Part shown: positions 1-13,385 of the stretch, piece by piece
Position numbering within the stretch: position 1 is the stretch's first letter
Layout: each line of letters starts with the position of its first letter
From: Octopus vulgaris
Taxonomy: Eukaryota
DNA: 64,000 nt
Assembly (NCBI GenBank): GCA_951406725.2
Contig: OX597815.1
Location: 74,772,001 to 74,836,000 of the forward strand
Direction: 5' to 3'
Made by a program: the position numbers and the translations under genes
Notes under the pieces: model-generated
What the model was told of the DNA's origin: nothing
Database searches by the model: none
Seen by the model: only the letters and a program-made list of their open reading frames with translations

Positions 1-124
1 GCGAGTACTGTCCAAATCTCCGACCAATCACATACAGCTGGCTGGCATTCAATTGGCGTATCAAGCTCCGGGCATTTTGATTGGGTTTGGGATAGAAAAT
101 TCACAAAAATGTCACTTCTATTGA

Positions 125-1720
125 TTCGAATTTCATCAAAATTGCAGATGAAGGTTATTTCCCTCTTTGCACACCCTAAAAAATTGTAATCATGACACAT
201 GTATCCCATAATACTGATTTTTATGCGCAGATTCCAAAATTCCGGTCTTATAGAACCTGTTAAAAGGATTTTCTCCTGCAAAATGAAGGTCATGGGGCTC
301 TAAAATGTGGGTGTTAAGGCCCCTATTGGGGGTGAGTGTCTTAATGTCAACCAGAGAAGTTGAATTGTTGAGAATCTTTTCAACTTGGGTCTTATATCTA
401 TTGTTTGAATTTCTTTGAAATAGGAAATATATGTATGTTCACTGGGTTTGTAAAAGAGAGCAAAGCTACAGGAAACCAAAAGACGAATGATCACAATAAG
501 CAGTCAGCTACCGTACCCTAGTCGTTATCACTCCCAATGTAGGATTCCTCACTATACAGGTGACAGGCGCAACCGTAAGATGCATTATGGATCTATAGCA
601 ATTGGAAGGGCGTCACGCAACTGAAATCGACATTAACAACTGTGTGACGTGAGGGCTAAGGAGAAATGAAAGTGTCACCACTGGAGTTTGCAAATGACCA
701 CTATACTGATATGTAACTGGACAGAATAAATTTACAATTTATAAATGTCTTTGAATAACCAGTCACTCATCCGGGAAGGTCTTGAAATCAATGTTACCAT
801 CTGGGGACTATGTGTAACGCAGTTATAATAAAAAGACTGAAGGGATGTCTACAACCAAATAACATTACTCAACACTTTGCAATTGAATCAGTGGAGGCAA
901 AGATGCCTCTCATTTACTTGACAATTTATGCAGCACATTGCAGAAATCACAATCAAAGTATATCTCAAAGCAAACTCTTACTCTGTTGTACCATTGAATT
1001 GCAAATAATGCTCATTTTTATGCTCGGGCGACCCTACAGCTTCCAAGAGTACAACTGTATTCGTCTTTGCTTAGATAAAATGACTAAATTGTGGGTGTTA
1101 AGTCCCCGTGAAGGGTCTTTCTAACTTGTAAGATGATGAAATTATAATAATTATTACTTCATTCGTATCTAATATCTATGGTTAAAATTTCATCAACAGC
1201 AAAAATATATGAATTGTCATGGGAGTTATGGCCTTTACGCATAGAATATAATTCCCAAATTTCGTAAAGATCCATTCAGTACTTTTGACCTAGTTTTGAA
1301 TCATAAAAGAAATGTCTAAAATTTGGGAGTTAAGGCCCCCATTAGGGGGTCTTAGAATCCTTATGAGAAGTGGAAACTTTGAGAATACTTCTTGATGTGT
1401 GTCAATTACCCATGGTTAAAATTTCATCAACATCGGAAAATTTGAATTTTCATTGGGGTTCTGCCCGCTTGAAGCCATCTGAAATTCAAACCAAACATAT
1501 TGCATTATACTCGCCCTTATGCATTGAATCTAAGTTCCAAATATCATAAGGATCCATTCAGTCATTTTTGTCCATGAAATTGTATGAAACACACAACATT
1601 ACCCTTCTGGCTAGGTTGTGATTTTGTGATCCAAATTTCAATAGGTTCAGTGCAGCAGTTTTCAAATGTATAAGTAACACACAAACACACATAAAGACAT
1701 TAACTTTGATATAATATATA
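125..1720 (-). mobile_element. Non-autonomous Helitron-like element, copy A (3' end removed by deletion)
   Basis: Homologous to 18153-19840, which has a hairpin+CTAG end; internal sub-repeats ggttaaaatttcatcaac and ttaaggcccc. Confidence 0.55.
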
Positions 1721-1744
1721 TTAATATGCACATATACATACATG

Positions 1745-1841
<97 letters not shown>

Positions 1842-1869
1842 GTGTGTGTGTGTGTAGTATATGTGCGTG

Positions 1870-1906
<37 letters not shown>

Positions 1907-1907
<1 letters not shown>

Positions 1908-2210
1908 GAGGCGCAATGGCCCAGTGGTTAGGGCAGCGGACTCGCCGTCGTAAGATCGCGGTTTCGATTCCCAGACCTGGTGTTGTGTGTGTGTGTTTAT
2001 TGAGCGAAAACACCTAAAGCTCTACGAGGCTCCGGCAGTGGGTGGTGGCGATCCCTTCTGTACTCTTTCGCCACAACTTTCTCTCACTCTTTCTTCTGTT
2101 TGCCTGCCCTCTTAGCCAGCGGGGTTACGTAATTTGAAGGCTAAAACAATGCGAAGCGGCGCATTGTGACCAGCGATATGTAGCAACATCTGATAGCCTG
2201 GTCGGTCACT

Positions 2211-2215
<5 letters not shown>
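1907..2215 (+). mobile_element. tRNA-derived SINE, family A
   Basis: Head GGAGGCGCAATGGCCCAGTGGTTAGGG (A box) and GGTTTCGATTCCC (B box); near-identical copies at 19972 and 27450; flanked by CA/TA microsatellites. Confidence 0.9.
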
Positions 2216-2252
<37 letters not shown>

Positions 2253-2334
2253 AAATTGATTGATAGATACAATTGAGTGGGCAAACAAAAATATGAGACA
2301 CTGCCTCGTGCTTTTTTTTTTATTTTGATAAGCC

Positions 2335-2630
2335 TGGTACTTATTCAATCAGTTTCTCCATGTGAAACCAGTAAGTTATGGGGGTGTAAATAAACGAATA
2401 GCAGTTGTGAAGCAGTGATGAGGGAGAAACACAGAAACAAAGACACACACGTAGACTTACATATATACATACATATATATACGATTAATTTCTGTCTAAA
2501 AAATCCACTGACAAGGCTTTGGTTGGTCTGAGGCTATAGCAGAAGACACATGCCAAGTCACCACACAGTGGAACTGAACCCAGGACAATGTGTTTTGGAA
2601 CCAAGTTTGTTCCCACTCAGCCACACCTGC
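2335..2630 (-). mobile_element. tRNA-derived SINE, family B
   Basis: Minus strand GCAGGTGTGGCTGAGTGG...GGGTTCAGTTCCACTG; body shared with 24672-25041 and 54375-54813. Confidence 0.85.
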
Positions 2631-2736
2631 ACGTATGTATATGTGTGTGTGTATGTGTCTATGTGTGTGTATGGGTATATATATAAGTATGCATGTATAT
2701 ATGTATATATATATATGTGTACATATTACATGTACA

Positions 2737-2792
<56 letters not shown>

Positions 2793-3171
2793 TACACATA
2801 TGCATCTATACTTACACATCTATATCTATAGAGATACATCTATACATATACATCTATACATATACAGCTATACATATACATGTATACATATACTTCTATA
2901 TGTATACATGTATATATATACATGTATGGAATTCAAGATAATATGACGGATTTTGTGTATGAATATTGTGTATTGTTGCAGTAGAGTAACCGAGGAAATA
3001 TATATTGATTTGAAGACTCTCATCGAAAGTAGTCATTTTTAATTTTTATTTTACATTTCAAACAAAGACTATTTTACAAACACCATTTTACAAACACCAT
3101 TTTACAATTTTACTTCAAATTTTTAAAAAACTATCATTCGATATATTATAGAATATTCATGTTTTATATCT

Positions 3172-3256
3172 CTGAAGAACAGAAGGGTTGTCTATAAATG
3201 CTTATCAATATAGGATTTCATTATAGTGACAACTCTTTTGCGAAACGATCGTAAGT
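3172..3256 (+). ncRNA. Degenerate minimal hammerhead ribozyme in a Penelope pLTR-like relic
   Basis: CTGAAGA (3172), 13-bp stem 3180-3192/3228-3240, then CGAAAC-GATC-GTA; stem I is weak. Confidence 0.5.
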
Positions 3257-3468
3257 TGCTTAAAAAATTAATTCAAGACTTTTAAACTATCAAATTTATC
3301 TTATACATTATATTTATATTGTTATATTTATTTATTTATATATATTTTTAATACAATAAAGTCTTTCACACGGGTATATCTTTATGAAGAGTTTGATATT
3401 GATTTCCTTATATTAATAATGATAATATATTATTAAAAAATATATGTATATACATATATATATGTATG

Positions 3469-3502
<34 letters not shown>

Positions 3503-3569
3503 TGTATGTATGTATGTATGTATGCATGTATGTATGTATGTATGTATGTATGTATGTATGTATGTATGC

Positions 3570-3808
3570 CTGTAATAGAGAGATGTTATTGTTTCACTTT
3601 TGACGCGTAATACTGAAATAATGGAGAATATATGATATTGCTGTTGGCTCGCACTAGGCAAGGAGTTTTAAAAAGGTTTGGCCTATGACACTACATGGAC
3701 CCTAAGTAAGGCATGTATAAAATTTGAATGAAATTGGTTGTGTATTTCTCAAGTTTTAGAGAAACACACAGACAGACACACACACATTCTCCTCTTTATA
3801 TATATATT
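3570..3808 (-). mobile_element. Fragment of non-autonomous Helitron-like element (family of 62413-63197)
   Basis: Matches 62815-63197 (gacactacatggaccctaagtaaggcatgt...acagacacacacattctc...tatatata). Confidence 0.7.
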
Positions 3809-3920
3809 CTCTTTCACATAACATCTACATATATGGTTAATGAACGTTAATATTTTGAAAACAAAAGTATTTAATATCTAATTTCATGCAGATATGTTTG
3901 CGTGTGTGCGTGTGTGTGTG

Positions 3921-3987
<67 letters not shown>

Positions 3988-4012
3988 ATTTATAACATTT
4001 CTATATTCTTAC

Positions 4013-4064
4013 CTTCAATTCTCAAATATAGCATTAAAATTGCAACCACTATGTTACCTCTCAT
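4013..4064 (-). CDS. Exon 1 (signal peptide MRGNIVVAILMLYLRIE) of paralog A of the secreted F5/8C-like gene; remainder presumably left of the window
   Basis: ATG at 4064, 52 nt, phase-1 GTAAG donor at 4012-4008; differs from 23484-23535 at one codon. Confidence 0.75.
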
Positions 4065-4228
4065 ATCTGCGATTGTGTTTTGTATTTGGATATATTCATG
4101 AATCTCTTCAGCTTTATATGTGTCGATCTGTTTTCAGTGTGTATTTAAAGAGAATGTTATATAGAGTTGCTCTCAGTTTTCGACGAGCGCAAAAGATTCT
4201 GATTGTGAATGATGCTCTTCTTAATTTG

Positions 4229-4259
4229 TGACGTTTACAAACAAGCATCCGTATTTATA
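4229..4259 (-). promoter_or_regulatory. Core promoter of paralog A: TATAAATA plus Inr-like TCA 30 nt downstream
   Basis: Minus-strand TATAAATA at 4259-4252; TCA with A at 4229; ATG 165 nt further on. Confidence 0.6.
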
Positions 4260-4373
4260 GCATCTGTTATTTATATGCCCATCTGCGTACACGCGTATGT
4301 TATATTGTATCTCTGAGTGTAAGTGCATGTATGTGTGTGTGAGTGCATGTACATATATATGTGTATAAATATA

Positions 4374-4442
<69 letters not shown>

Positions 4443-4443
4443 G

Positions 4444-4489
<46 letters not shown>

Positions 4490-4909
4490 CATACATACGT
4501 AAGTATCTCTTAGGTCATCTTAACGTCTTTCCTGTCATAACAAGTCGAATGCTTTTATACAAGATTATCGATTTGTTATTATTTCAATTTAGCGTTTTAT
4601 AGTTCTTTTTTTATGAATCTGGCACTTAAATGGTAAACCACCAGGTCAGGTCAAAATTAAAATGCATGCACAGCGACTATAGACGAATACAAACGTTGAT
4701 ACCGAAGTACAGACAGAAATATATTCAAATTATTTATACAATTAATTGAATCCTACTGAGTACATTACTAGCCCTTATGTTAATCCAGAAATGAACGTTG
4801 TATTACACATATGGTCCATAATATAATTCGGAACACGCAAGGAGCAGGTTCCGAGAGAGGTGAATCATAAATAAATAAATAACAAACGAATTAACACCTA
4901 TCCATCGTT

Positions 4910-4948
<39 letters not shown>

Positions 4949-5284
4949 CACTCCCACACACACATCGATATATGTCAATTGTCGCTCAAACATGTCATTT
5001 TTCCTTTTTCTACTAGACAATTGATCTATATTGTAATTGTTCTTTTTGGGTTTTTTTTTTTTTTAATTTTCTCTTTACAGAAACATATAGGAATTTTATT
5101 TTCTAACGTGATCCGTGAAAATACGTTTTTTATATTCATTTTATATTGTTGTTACTGTTATCGTTTTTGTTGTTGGCGTTGTGGGGAAAAGCACATTGTT
5201 ATTATACTCATGTGTAGATTATGTTGACTTAGTTTTAAAAAAAAACATAACTCGACATGTCACCAATTCCGCTCTATAATATTG

Positions 5285-5385
5285 ATTTCAAAATTTAGCT
5301 CAAGGCCAGCAGTCTCGAGAAAGGAGTAAGTCGATTACATCGACCCCACTGTACAACTGGTATTTATTTTATCGACCCAGAGAGA
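5285..5385 (-). mobile_element. SINE family C fragment
   Basis: gtcgattacatcgacccc...ctggtatttattttatcgaccc motif shared with 36323-36557. Confidence 0.65.
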
Positions 5386-6238
5386 AGAAATCAAAAAGAC
5401 AAGTTTTTTTTTGTGTTTATTATATCGTAACTAACGCTAATTGTAATTTTTCTACAACTTCAATCAGATATCTAATTAATTATAGATTTTTTAACGAAAT
5501 TAAGCAATTTCAAGAAGATTTCCGCATCAAAATGAGCAATAATATATTTCCTGAATGTATATTGATAGGTCACGTTAGTAGATACTTTTTATATTATTTA
5601 TTTATTTATTTTTAATTACTGGCTGTGAATGAAGGGACAGCGACATCGGCTTTCACAGATGTCTCCTAGACCTTTGATATATATATGCCGTTATTATTCC
5701 ACCTAAATTGCTGCAAGTCGAGGCTTGCAGGAAACACATAAACAGTGGAGTGAATTTATCAATACTCCGGTTCCGTGTAGACTATTTTTGTTCCGTAAAA
5801 TAAATATCTACTGATTTATGGTGCAGAACAAGAAATCGTGCACTTACCTAGAGTATTGACAAATTAATATCCGTATTTCTACTCTATCTATATTTGAAAT
5901 CAACGTTAAGTAAAAGACAAGCAATACATACTAGATATTGTAGGAACATTATAACTTTCGGTTGTGCTCAGATGATCAGCTGTTGTTTCCATTTCCACTG
6001 GTTGGTCACCTGGTATTCAAAAAGTAGTAAAATAGAACACAAGATTTTCTAAGCCGTGCGTATTCGTAGTTATATAGTAACACAATCAAAGAACAAATCA
6101 GAACAGTCAAAATATTCATTAGCAAATAAGAAATATTGTACAATCTGTGTTTTATTTTAGCGAAAGAAAGAACTAGAATTGGAGACAAGTAGTGGCAGTC
6201 TGCGTTGTCAAAGGGGGGAAATGCTTAAAAGGAAACTA

Positions 6239-7065
6239 TTAATTCTGCCATGAAGGCAAACCATTGGGCCAGCGGATTTCCAAGATATAGCACCCCACCC
6301 CAATCATCACTGATCCTCCTCCATGTTTAACAGTTGGAAGAAGGCACTCTGCATCAAATGCTTCTTTTGGCCGTCTCCACACGTATACTCGGTCGGTGGT
6401 CGGAAATGAGGTAAGGGATGATTCGTCCAAGAAAATAACATTCTTCAACTGCCTTAGGGACTAATTCTGTAGGTTTTTACTCCACTCTAAACGCTTTGCA
6501 ACGTTTGCTTTTGAAAGTAGTGGTTTTCTGATTGCAGCCCACCCGTGAAATCCGGCTTTCTGCAGCTCCCGGCGAACAGTTTTTGTGGAAACCGAGTTCT
6601 TGAGGTGGTCATTAAGCTCTGCGGTAATTTTGGGTGCTGTACTTTTGTGATCTTTTCTTAAAATTCGCGTAAGAGTCCGACGGTCCTTATCTGAACGTTT
6701 TGATTTTCTTCCGGAGTTTTGTTTCGACGCGGAGGTTTTTCCCTCTTTCTCAAAAGCTGTCATTACTTTCGAGATAGTACTTCTTGATACCTCAAACATT
6801 TCGGCTGTTTTCGTTACGCTAGCGCCTACCATGCAAGCACCATTTGACCTCTTTGAAAGTCCGATGAATCTATCATTTTAATGAATTTTAATTACCTTTT
6901 TCTGATGGTATCTGAAATGAAACAACAATTTTAGCCAAACATCTTAAGCAGCACTAACAATGAATAAAAAAACATAAAAATAAACAAGCTTTTGATTGCT
7001 TTATAGATATTTCAAAATTATGATACTATGATGCTAGGTGTTTCCATTATTTAGTCCAACCCCTG
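6239..7065 (-). mobile_element. Truncated Tc1-like DNA transposon (same family as 30444-31724)
   Basis: ORFs 6461..6832 (HTH, GRK motif) and 6239..6448 (FLDES, VKHGGGSVM); TIR ...tttccattatttagtccaacccctg followed by TA. Confidence 0.93.
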
Positions 7066-7841
7066 TATGTGTATGTGAAAGGGTGCGTTTGTGCGTGTAT
7101 CTGTATGCATATGTGTGGTGTACGCCATATTTTCTCCCGTTCTAAGCATTTTCTCTCATCTACTTTATCAATATAGAGTCAACTTTAAGATATCGATACA
7201 TTTTACTTACACAAATACAATTTCACATCTCCGTTCTTCAGGTGTGTTAGAGTTCCTGTTCTCCCAGTACAATTAATTAGTATGTCGTTCATAAAATTCT
7301 CAATTGTACTTTCGTTTATATGGCATATTGATGGAGCTAAAATAAATCAATATCTTTAAATATTATCAATATGTTTACTGAAACGACAGATATGTTTACA
7401 TAATATATGTACCTTTGCAGGGCCATCACTTGAATATTACTTCGAAAGAAATCAAAGAAAAGGGATCTCATAGCATAGTTGGTTCATTACGGCAAGAAAT
7501 ATATATTTCATCCCCACAGGAGTAGCACACTTAATAACGCACACATTTCCCTCAAACACTTCAAGATAACTCTTACCGGCTTTACAGCGAATTCAACCAA
7601 TTGACATAACTCCTAACCTAATCTCTTGCTCTCTTGCTCATTTTCGTTTCACCATCTTTTTCACAGGAACCGCAACCAGATGTGTCCATTCACCTCCGAT
7701 AGTAGAGTGCAGTCACCACATTCCTTTCCATATCGGCTAACTCTGATGAGCGTAAGGTTATATAATCAGATTGCTACCTAACACTCCGTTGTATTCCTAG
7801 CGCGATTGGTAAGATCAGCCGTGATAACTATATCATACTGT

Positions 7842-7907
<66 letters not shown>

Positions 7908-8149
7908 ATGCATATATATATATTCCTTTTTCTTATACTCTTCTATTATTTTACTTGTTTCAGTCATTTTGACTGAAGTGGAAGACGGGAGGAAGAGGGA
8001 AGGGTGGCTAAGGTAATATGTGAACCATGACTTTTGTGTTAATTTGCGCCACTAAATCCAACTTAGGTCGAATTAATAAATGCATTATTGACCGTATTCT
8101 ACCCCTAGTTAGGGTTAACGTCAAGCTTCCGCTCTGAAATTGCACACGA

Positions 8150-10676
8150 GACGTCATCACTTGGTTTCACTCTCTTCATGAGAAACAACACAACCATATC
8201 CTTCACTTTGACATTTCAAATTATTATTCCTATATATCACCAATTCTCTTAAATAAAGCCTTAATCTTCACCCGAAAATATGCTCCCACCTCCCTATCGG
8301 ATATCAATATCATCCTAGCTACAAAGAAAACTCTGATTCATTTTAAGGATAATAATTGAACCTGCAACTCATCTACGGATTTCTTCGATATAATCATGGG
8401 CGCATGACTTAATTGACCGATTCCTTCTCCCCCTAATTAAACAATACTTTTAGTAGCGTAATCACAATCATGGCTATCAGAATCTCTAACTTATCTGCTA
8501 ACGAAGAAAATTTTAACCAAATAAGCGGCTACCACGAAAAAAACTATCATACCCCCAACACTAAACTTAAAACTAAAATAACACATCTCTTTCCCAATAC
8601 TAACCCTGAATCTACGGACACTACTTTCACTCTACACCAATCCAACAACTCTAAAAAACCCTTACACATCACACTCGGCCGCCCTACTGGCGACCCCGAG
8701 CCTATAACAGCTACAAGCATCCCTTCCTGATCAACTCACTTCAGCCATATACTCTAAACATTCTAAGAACATGTAGCAGGAAATCTTATGGTTCGCACCA
8801 CCTTTCTCTCTCCAACTTAAATATCTACCTAAACTCTTCTTTAAAATCCTGAAATCTAACTTTCTATCACAGCATGAATACTATCCCATATTTAATAAAT
8901 CATCCGTGAAAATCTCCTACTCCACCACACCTAATTTTCGATCCATAATCGTCTCTTCGAACAAACACAAATTCCAACACTAGTCCTCGGAACATCTAAA
9001 CTCTCACACTGCATCCCAAGTTAGCCCACATAGTAGCAATAACACAACGCTTTGTAATCCCACTCAATTAAATGATACCATACTCAAGCCATCATCCCAC
9101 AATCCTACCCACGCAACGACAAATACTAGCTGCAATACCATTTCCCAATCCAATACAAATACAGATTACCTTTCAGGTTCTCCCCCACTAACAATGAACA
9201 AACGAAGCTCAACCTCACTAGCAGTAAACCCCAACCATGGAACTTGTAGGAAAGCTTGCAATTGTCGTGTCTCTCAATTTTGCCCTCTTACAGTCTTCTG
9301 TCTACGCAAACATGTAATCTACAAGTACCGTGTTATAACACCATGCTCCCACCAAACAAGGACATATATCGGCGGCACCGTAGATTTCGAGTCCATGTGT
9401 GCTACCGTGCACACATGAACTCTTTCTCCAATCCAAATTCTAAATTATCAACCTCCTTAGCAACGTATGCACACAACTTTAAATCTCAAAATATTCCATA
9501 CACCCTATCCTGGTCCATAGTAAAAGTTCCCTTTTACAATGCAAACATCGGCAAGTGAAATTTATGTCTAAAAGAATCATTAACCATTCTTCGCCTTCAT
9601 AACTCCTCATTACTTAATAGATTCTCAGATGTCATTTATTCTTGTAAACACAAGTACTACTACTCATCTTTCACGCACTTTGCTAATTCTATGTAATCCC
9701 ATGATAAGTTTCCATATCCAAAAAACTTAAATTAAGACAAAGTCATCCTAACAGCCTACTACTTAAAAAATACTACTCCTCCCCCTCTTAGTCTTTCTCC
9801 TACACACTTTTCCAATTGCTTCCAAATTCTTCAAATCAACTCCTTCCCACTTCACTCTTAACCTCTCCTCTCTCCCCAGTTTAAAAAAAATCTACTTGAC
9901 AGTACTTCACTCCTTCGAAAACTAACCAATCTACATCTACCCCTTCCATATTCACACCCCTCTATTCAATTTCATACACTTCTCTTTACCATAACACCTC
10001 ACCTTCAATACTGACCCAATTCCTTTGTCCCACAAATAATCACATTTTGACCACCATCTCATCCCCACTCTATCCCCCCTCCATCTCTCATTCCTCTTTA
10101 CACACCTTACTAATCTCCCTCAACCACTGAACCAGTCAACTTTCAAATAATAGCCATCCCCATTTTCACTATCTCAACCTTTAACGCTATAGCTCTCATA
10201 CAAATAAACACAAACGTCACCATTCACATACTACCAAAAACAACCTTCCTTCTTCCTCTCACTTTCCACCTCATCATTAATCCTAACCCTGAAATGTATT
10301 TCCTTCTCCCACTAATCTTTGTCTAAATACCCCACAACTTCCCTTTCTAATACACTTAGTTCTCCACAAAATTATGCCATCTTTAAACTCCATTCTGTCA
10401 ACACCTCAAATGTAGAATTCTTCTTTGAAGACGGAGGCTGGTATTATCCGATAATGGAATCAATTTACAATCATTATTCTGGATTACCAAGCCCCCAAAA
10501 CAGCTGTTGGACACATAAAACTCTTATTCAACCTCTTTAATTCCTGATATAATTTCCATTGTGTGTAATTCGGAACTTTTTATATGTAAACATATATACA
10601 TTTTTTTGAATTAAATTTATTTAAATTTCTTTAGCACGACGAAATGTATTCTATATAGAGAATACCTGTCTCTAAG

Positions 10677-10731
<55 letters not shown>

Positions 10732-10800
10732 GGGATATAATAAATATCCTGGAAACAGCTGTAAGACTTTCTATCTATAAATATTCTAAAATCTGCACAC
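8150..10800 (+). mobile_element. Decayed Penelope-like retroelement (RT remnants, GIY-YIG endonuclease, pLTR remnants)
   Basis: LTFDISNYY; WFAPPFS; VKISYSTTPN; CNCR..CPL..CL..VIYK..TYIGGT and WSIV..Y..CLKE across frameshifted ORFs 9194..9558; HHR-like AAACAGCTGT at ~10500 and ~10755. Confidence 0.8.
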
Positions 10801-10824
10801 CCTTGGTTTTTTATCTCATTACGG

Positions 10825-10868
<44 letters not shown>

Positions 10869-10871
10869 TAT

Positions 10872-11127
10872 CTATGGTTGGGTGGATGTATATTTACATA
10901 TAGAGAAAATAGATATACATATAAGAAGAAAACCACTCTTGGACGGAAAAGAGATGTATGGCTCATCACAGGACTTGAAGCACGCATCTGACTTTCGATT
11001 AACCACAATTGGAAGTTTGATTAATTTTTTTAACGCAAACTCATCTTCCTTTTGATTCAGGGAACATGTATATTTCCATTTTTCATTTTTTTTTTTAATT
11101 TGTAATAAACGTAAGCACAAATGAAAT
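10872..11127 (-). CDS. Terminal exon 5 of the secreted F5/8C-like gene; as assembled stops at 11059-11057, extends to 10872 if the A11 run were A12
   Basis: ctttcAG acceptor at 11129-11128 after a 57-nt intron; DFICAYVYYKLKKK then MKNGNIHVP*; the shifted frame is listed ORF 10872..11120 (Cys-rich, hydrophobic C-terminus). Confidence 0.6.
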
Positions 11128-11184
11128 CTGAAAGATTATTAGATATATAAAACTACATTAACATAAACAACTGTCTATTCTTAC

Positions 11185-11377
11185 CGAATCCAAGAAACGA
11201 TATTTCTCTCAAACCAACATTTTCTTTTGCTAATCGACCTTCACATTTAGAATACACGCTGTTCACTTGTATTTCCACGTAATTACTCAATACATTAGGC
11301 GGTAATTTTAAAATGTCATTGTATACATTGGTGTTTAGGTAATCGGTCATGTTGTTTTTTGTCAATTTAAATCTGAC
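11185..11377 (-). CDS. Exon 4: C-terminal half of F5/8 type C / galactose-binding-like domain
   Basis: ttctcctcAG acceptor, GTAAG donor, 193 nt, phase 0->1; ...YVEIQVNSVY...NVGLREISFLG resembles the final strands of discoidin-like folds. Confidence 0.85.
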
Positions 11378-11934
11378 CTGAGGAGAAAAATAAGATACAT
11401 TTAAGAAACACAGGCAATTGTGACAATAGAAATGGGAGAGAAAGTATACAGCACACTAAATATTACATCTTATGTGTCAGTTAATGGACTGTTGCCAGTC
11501 CGTTGGATGGCTTTCTTTTGTATTATGTCCCATAAGTACAACACAAAGAATTTTGTATAAAGTAAGGTTTTATCGGCTGAATACATGTAGATGTTGCAGA
11601 TCAGTGAAGGCGAAGGAAGGTAAATTTGTTTTCGTCACTATAACATGAATCCAATAAAGCTTATATGTTTTCTTTAAACAAGAGGTATTGATCATTTATG
11701 AAAATGGCCCTTTGAGGTGTAGAATATACAGAATTTAATCTTCAACAGCTTTATATTTCATGTATACTGGTTACATTATATTGTGTTCTTAGTTAAATGT
11801 AGAGCAATCTTCAGCTGCACAAAGACATAGAAATTTAATTAAATTAGAACAGATGGACACATTAGTATAATTAGACCTAAAAATCTCCAAGAAGTAAGGA
11901 GATAGATAAAAACATGTCTCTATTTCAGTATAGA

Positions 11935-12011
<77 letters not shown>

Positions 12012-12406
12012 GAGTATACACACACATAATTTACTTTAAGGTATAGATGAATTAATTTTAGTCGTAACCTCCCCACTCTTATAAACACCAAGCTAGATAT
12101 TTGCTATACTAATGTGTGTGCACCAAACCACACGTGTACGTATGCTTCCATTTTTGTGGATGCTTGTATGAGCCAGTGTACACGCGCCATGCAGCTTGCG
12201 CGAGGGCATTTATACATCCATATCTGTTAACGGTTATTTTTAATACTTTTCTTTCTGCATTGCGTGTTTATTTCTTTTTTGAATCTGTTATTTTATTTTT
12301 GACCCTGTAAATAACTGAAGATATATCCTTTGTTTTGCTGGCTTTTCTTTCTATGAAATGAGAAAATAAATTGCGGAACTGTTATTTTAACGAGTTATAT
12401 CTATTT

Positions 12407-12519
12407 ATCACCCGATGAGACACATCGGCACCGCCGGATGCTCCTGAATCAGTTGTTAAGTGTCCCACCTGTGAGGGAGCGATGCTAGATGTGTTGAAAC
12501 AATTGTCGTGATTAATAAA
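12407..12519 (+). ncRNA. Type I minimal hammerhead ribozyme (Penelope-type) followed by AATAAA
   Basis: Stem I ATCAC/GTGAT; core CCGATGA (U4->C); stem II GACACATC/GATGTGTT; GAAAC-AATT-GTC with palindromic stem III. Confidence 0.7.
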
Positions 12520-12567
12520 ATTTCTTGTATATTCCATCTTCCGGCTTTCATTTACCATATGTGTGTG

Positions 12568-12599
<32 letters not shown>

Positions 12600-12741
12600 T
12601 GTATGTATGTATGCATGCATGTATGTATGTATGTATGTATGTATGTATGTTTGTATGTATGTTTGTATGTTTGTATATATGCTTATCTAACTGCTGTTTT
12701 CGTGTTGCGAATTATAAAAAGAAATAGAAAAGAAAACCTAC

Positions 12742-12971
12742 TTGTACGTTGTCAGTTTTAACGGTTATATTTTCTATCTGCTCCCAACAGCCACTCCTTT
12801 GATACAATGATATTCTAGATATTGTGTAGACAGCATCGAAATAGAATTTAATCCAAGCTCCTGGGCCCTCCTTGTTTGTTGTCCATTCTGTTGCTTTATC
12901 TGAATCATAACTGGAGTTACATTCTCTGGAAGGTTTGGGAGCAGTTGATTGTGAACAATTTTTAATTTGAA
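12742..12971 (-). CDS. Exon 3: N-terminal half of F5/8 type C / galactose-binding-like domain
   Basis: tttccttgaAG acceptor, GTAGGT donor, 230 nt, phase 1->0; SYDSDKATEW...GAWIKFYFDAVYTISRISLYQR. Confidence 0.88.
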
Positions 12972-13169
12972 CTTCAAGGAAATAGGAAAGAATAATCCAG
13001 ATTATTATTGTTAAAAAAATCAAAAGTACTATTAATTTAAATTTTTTCATGGGGATCAATATATGACAATATATGACACGTAAACATAAGAGAGGAAATA
13101 AAACGTCAATGAAAGTCTTAATAATTAAAAAAAAAACTTGGTTAAAAGAAATTACTACAAATATTGTCT

Positions 13170-13385
13170 AAAGGCAGCGAGCTGATAGAATCGTTAGCAC
13201 TCCGGGCAAATTACTAACAAGCACTTCCCCTGTCTGTACGTTCTGAGTTCAAATTCCACCGAGGGCGACTTTACTTTTCATCACCTTGGAGTCGACGAAA
13301 CAAGTACTAGTTGAATGCTGGGGTCGTTATAATTGACTTAGACCCTGCGCTATATTGCTGGCTTTGTGCCAGAATTTGAAACCAA
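13170..13385 (+). mobile_element. tRNA-derived SINE, family C
   Basis: aaggcagcgagctgatagaatcgttagc...gttctgagttcaaattcc; matches reverse complement of 36323-36557. Confidence 0.8.

Larger units (their letters stand above)
1..4610. repeat. Segmental/tandem duplication copy A (homologous to ~17860-24015)
   Basis: 1-2470 aligns by eye nearly base-for-base to 17860-20538 (ORFs 300..494 and 18424..18618 translate identically). 3988-4610 aligns to 23458-24015. Copy A lacks ~17985-18250. Confidence 0.95.

Noticed and set aside
300-1124. ORFs 300..494 and 810..1124 conserved in both copies
   Set aside because: Identity reflects recent duplication; the 810 ORF is disrupted in copy B; no recognisable motifs.
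1907-1980. tRNA genes at SINE heads (also 19972, 27450, 54375)
   Set aside because: A/B boxes run into multicopy SINE bodies; no complete cloverleaf or T-run terminator seen.
12972-13059. N-terminal hydrophobic segment of ORF 12712..13059 as signal/TM
   Set aside because: It is the T-rich intron end before the acceptor at 12973-12972; a better signal exon exists at 23484-23535.
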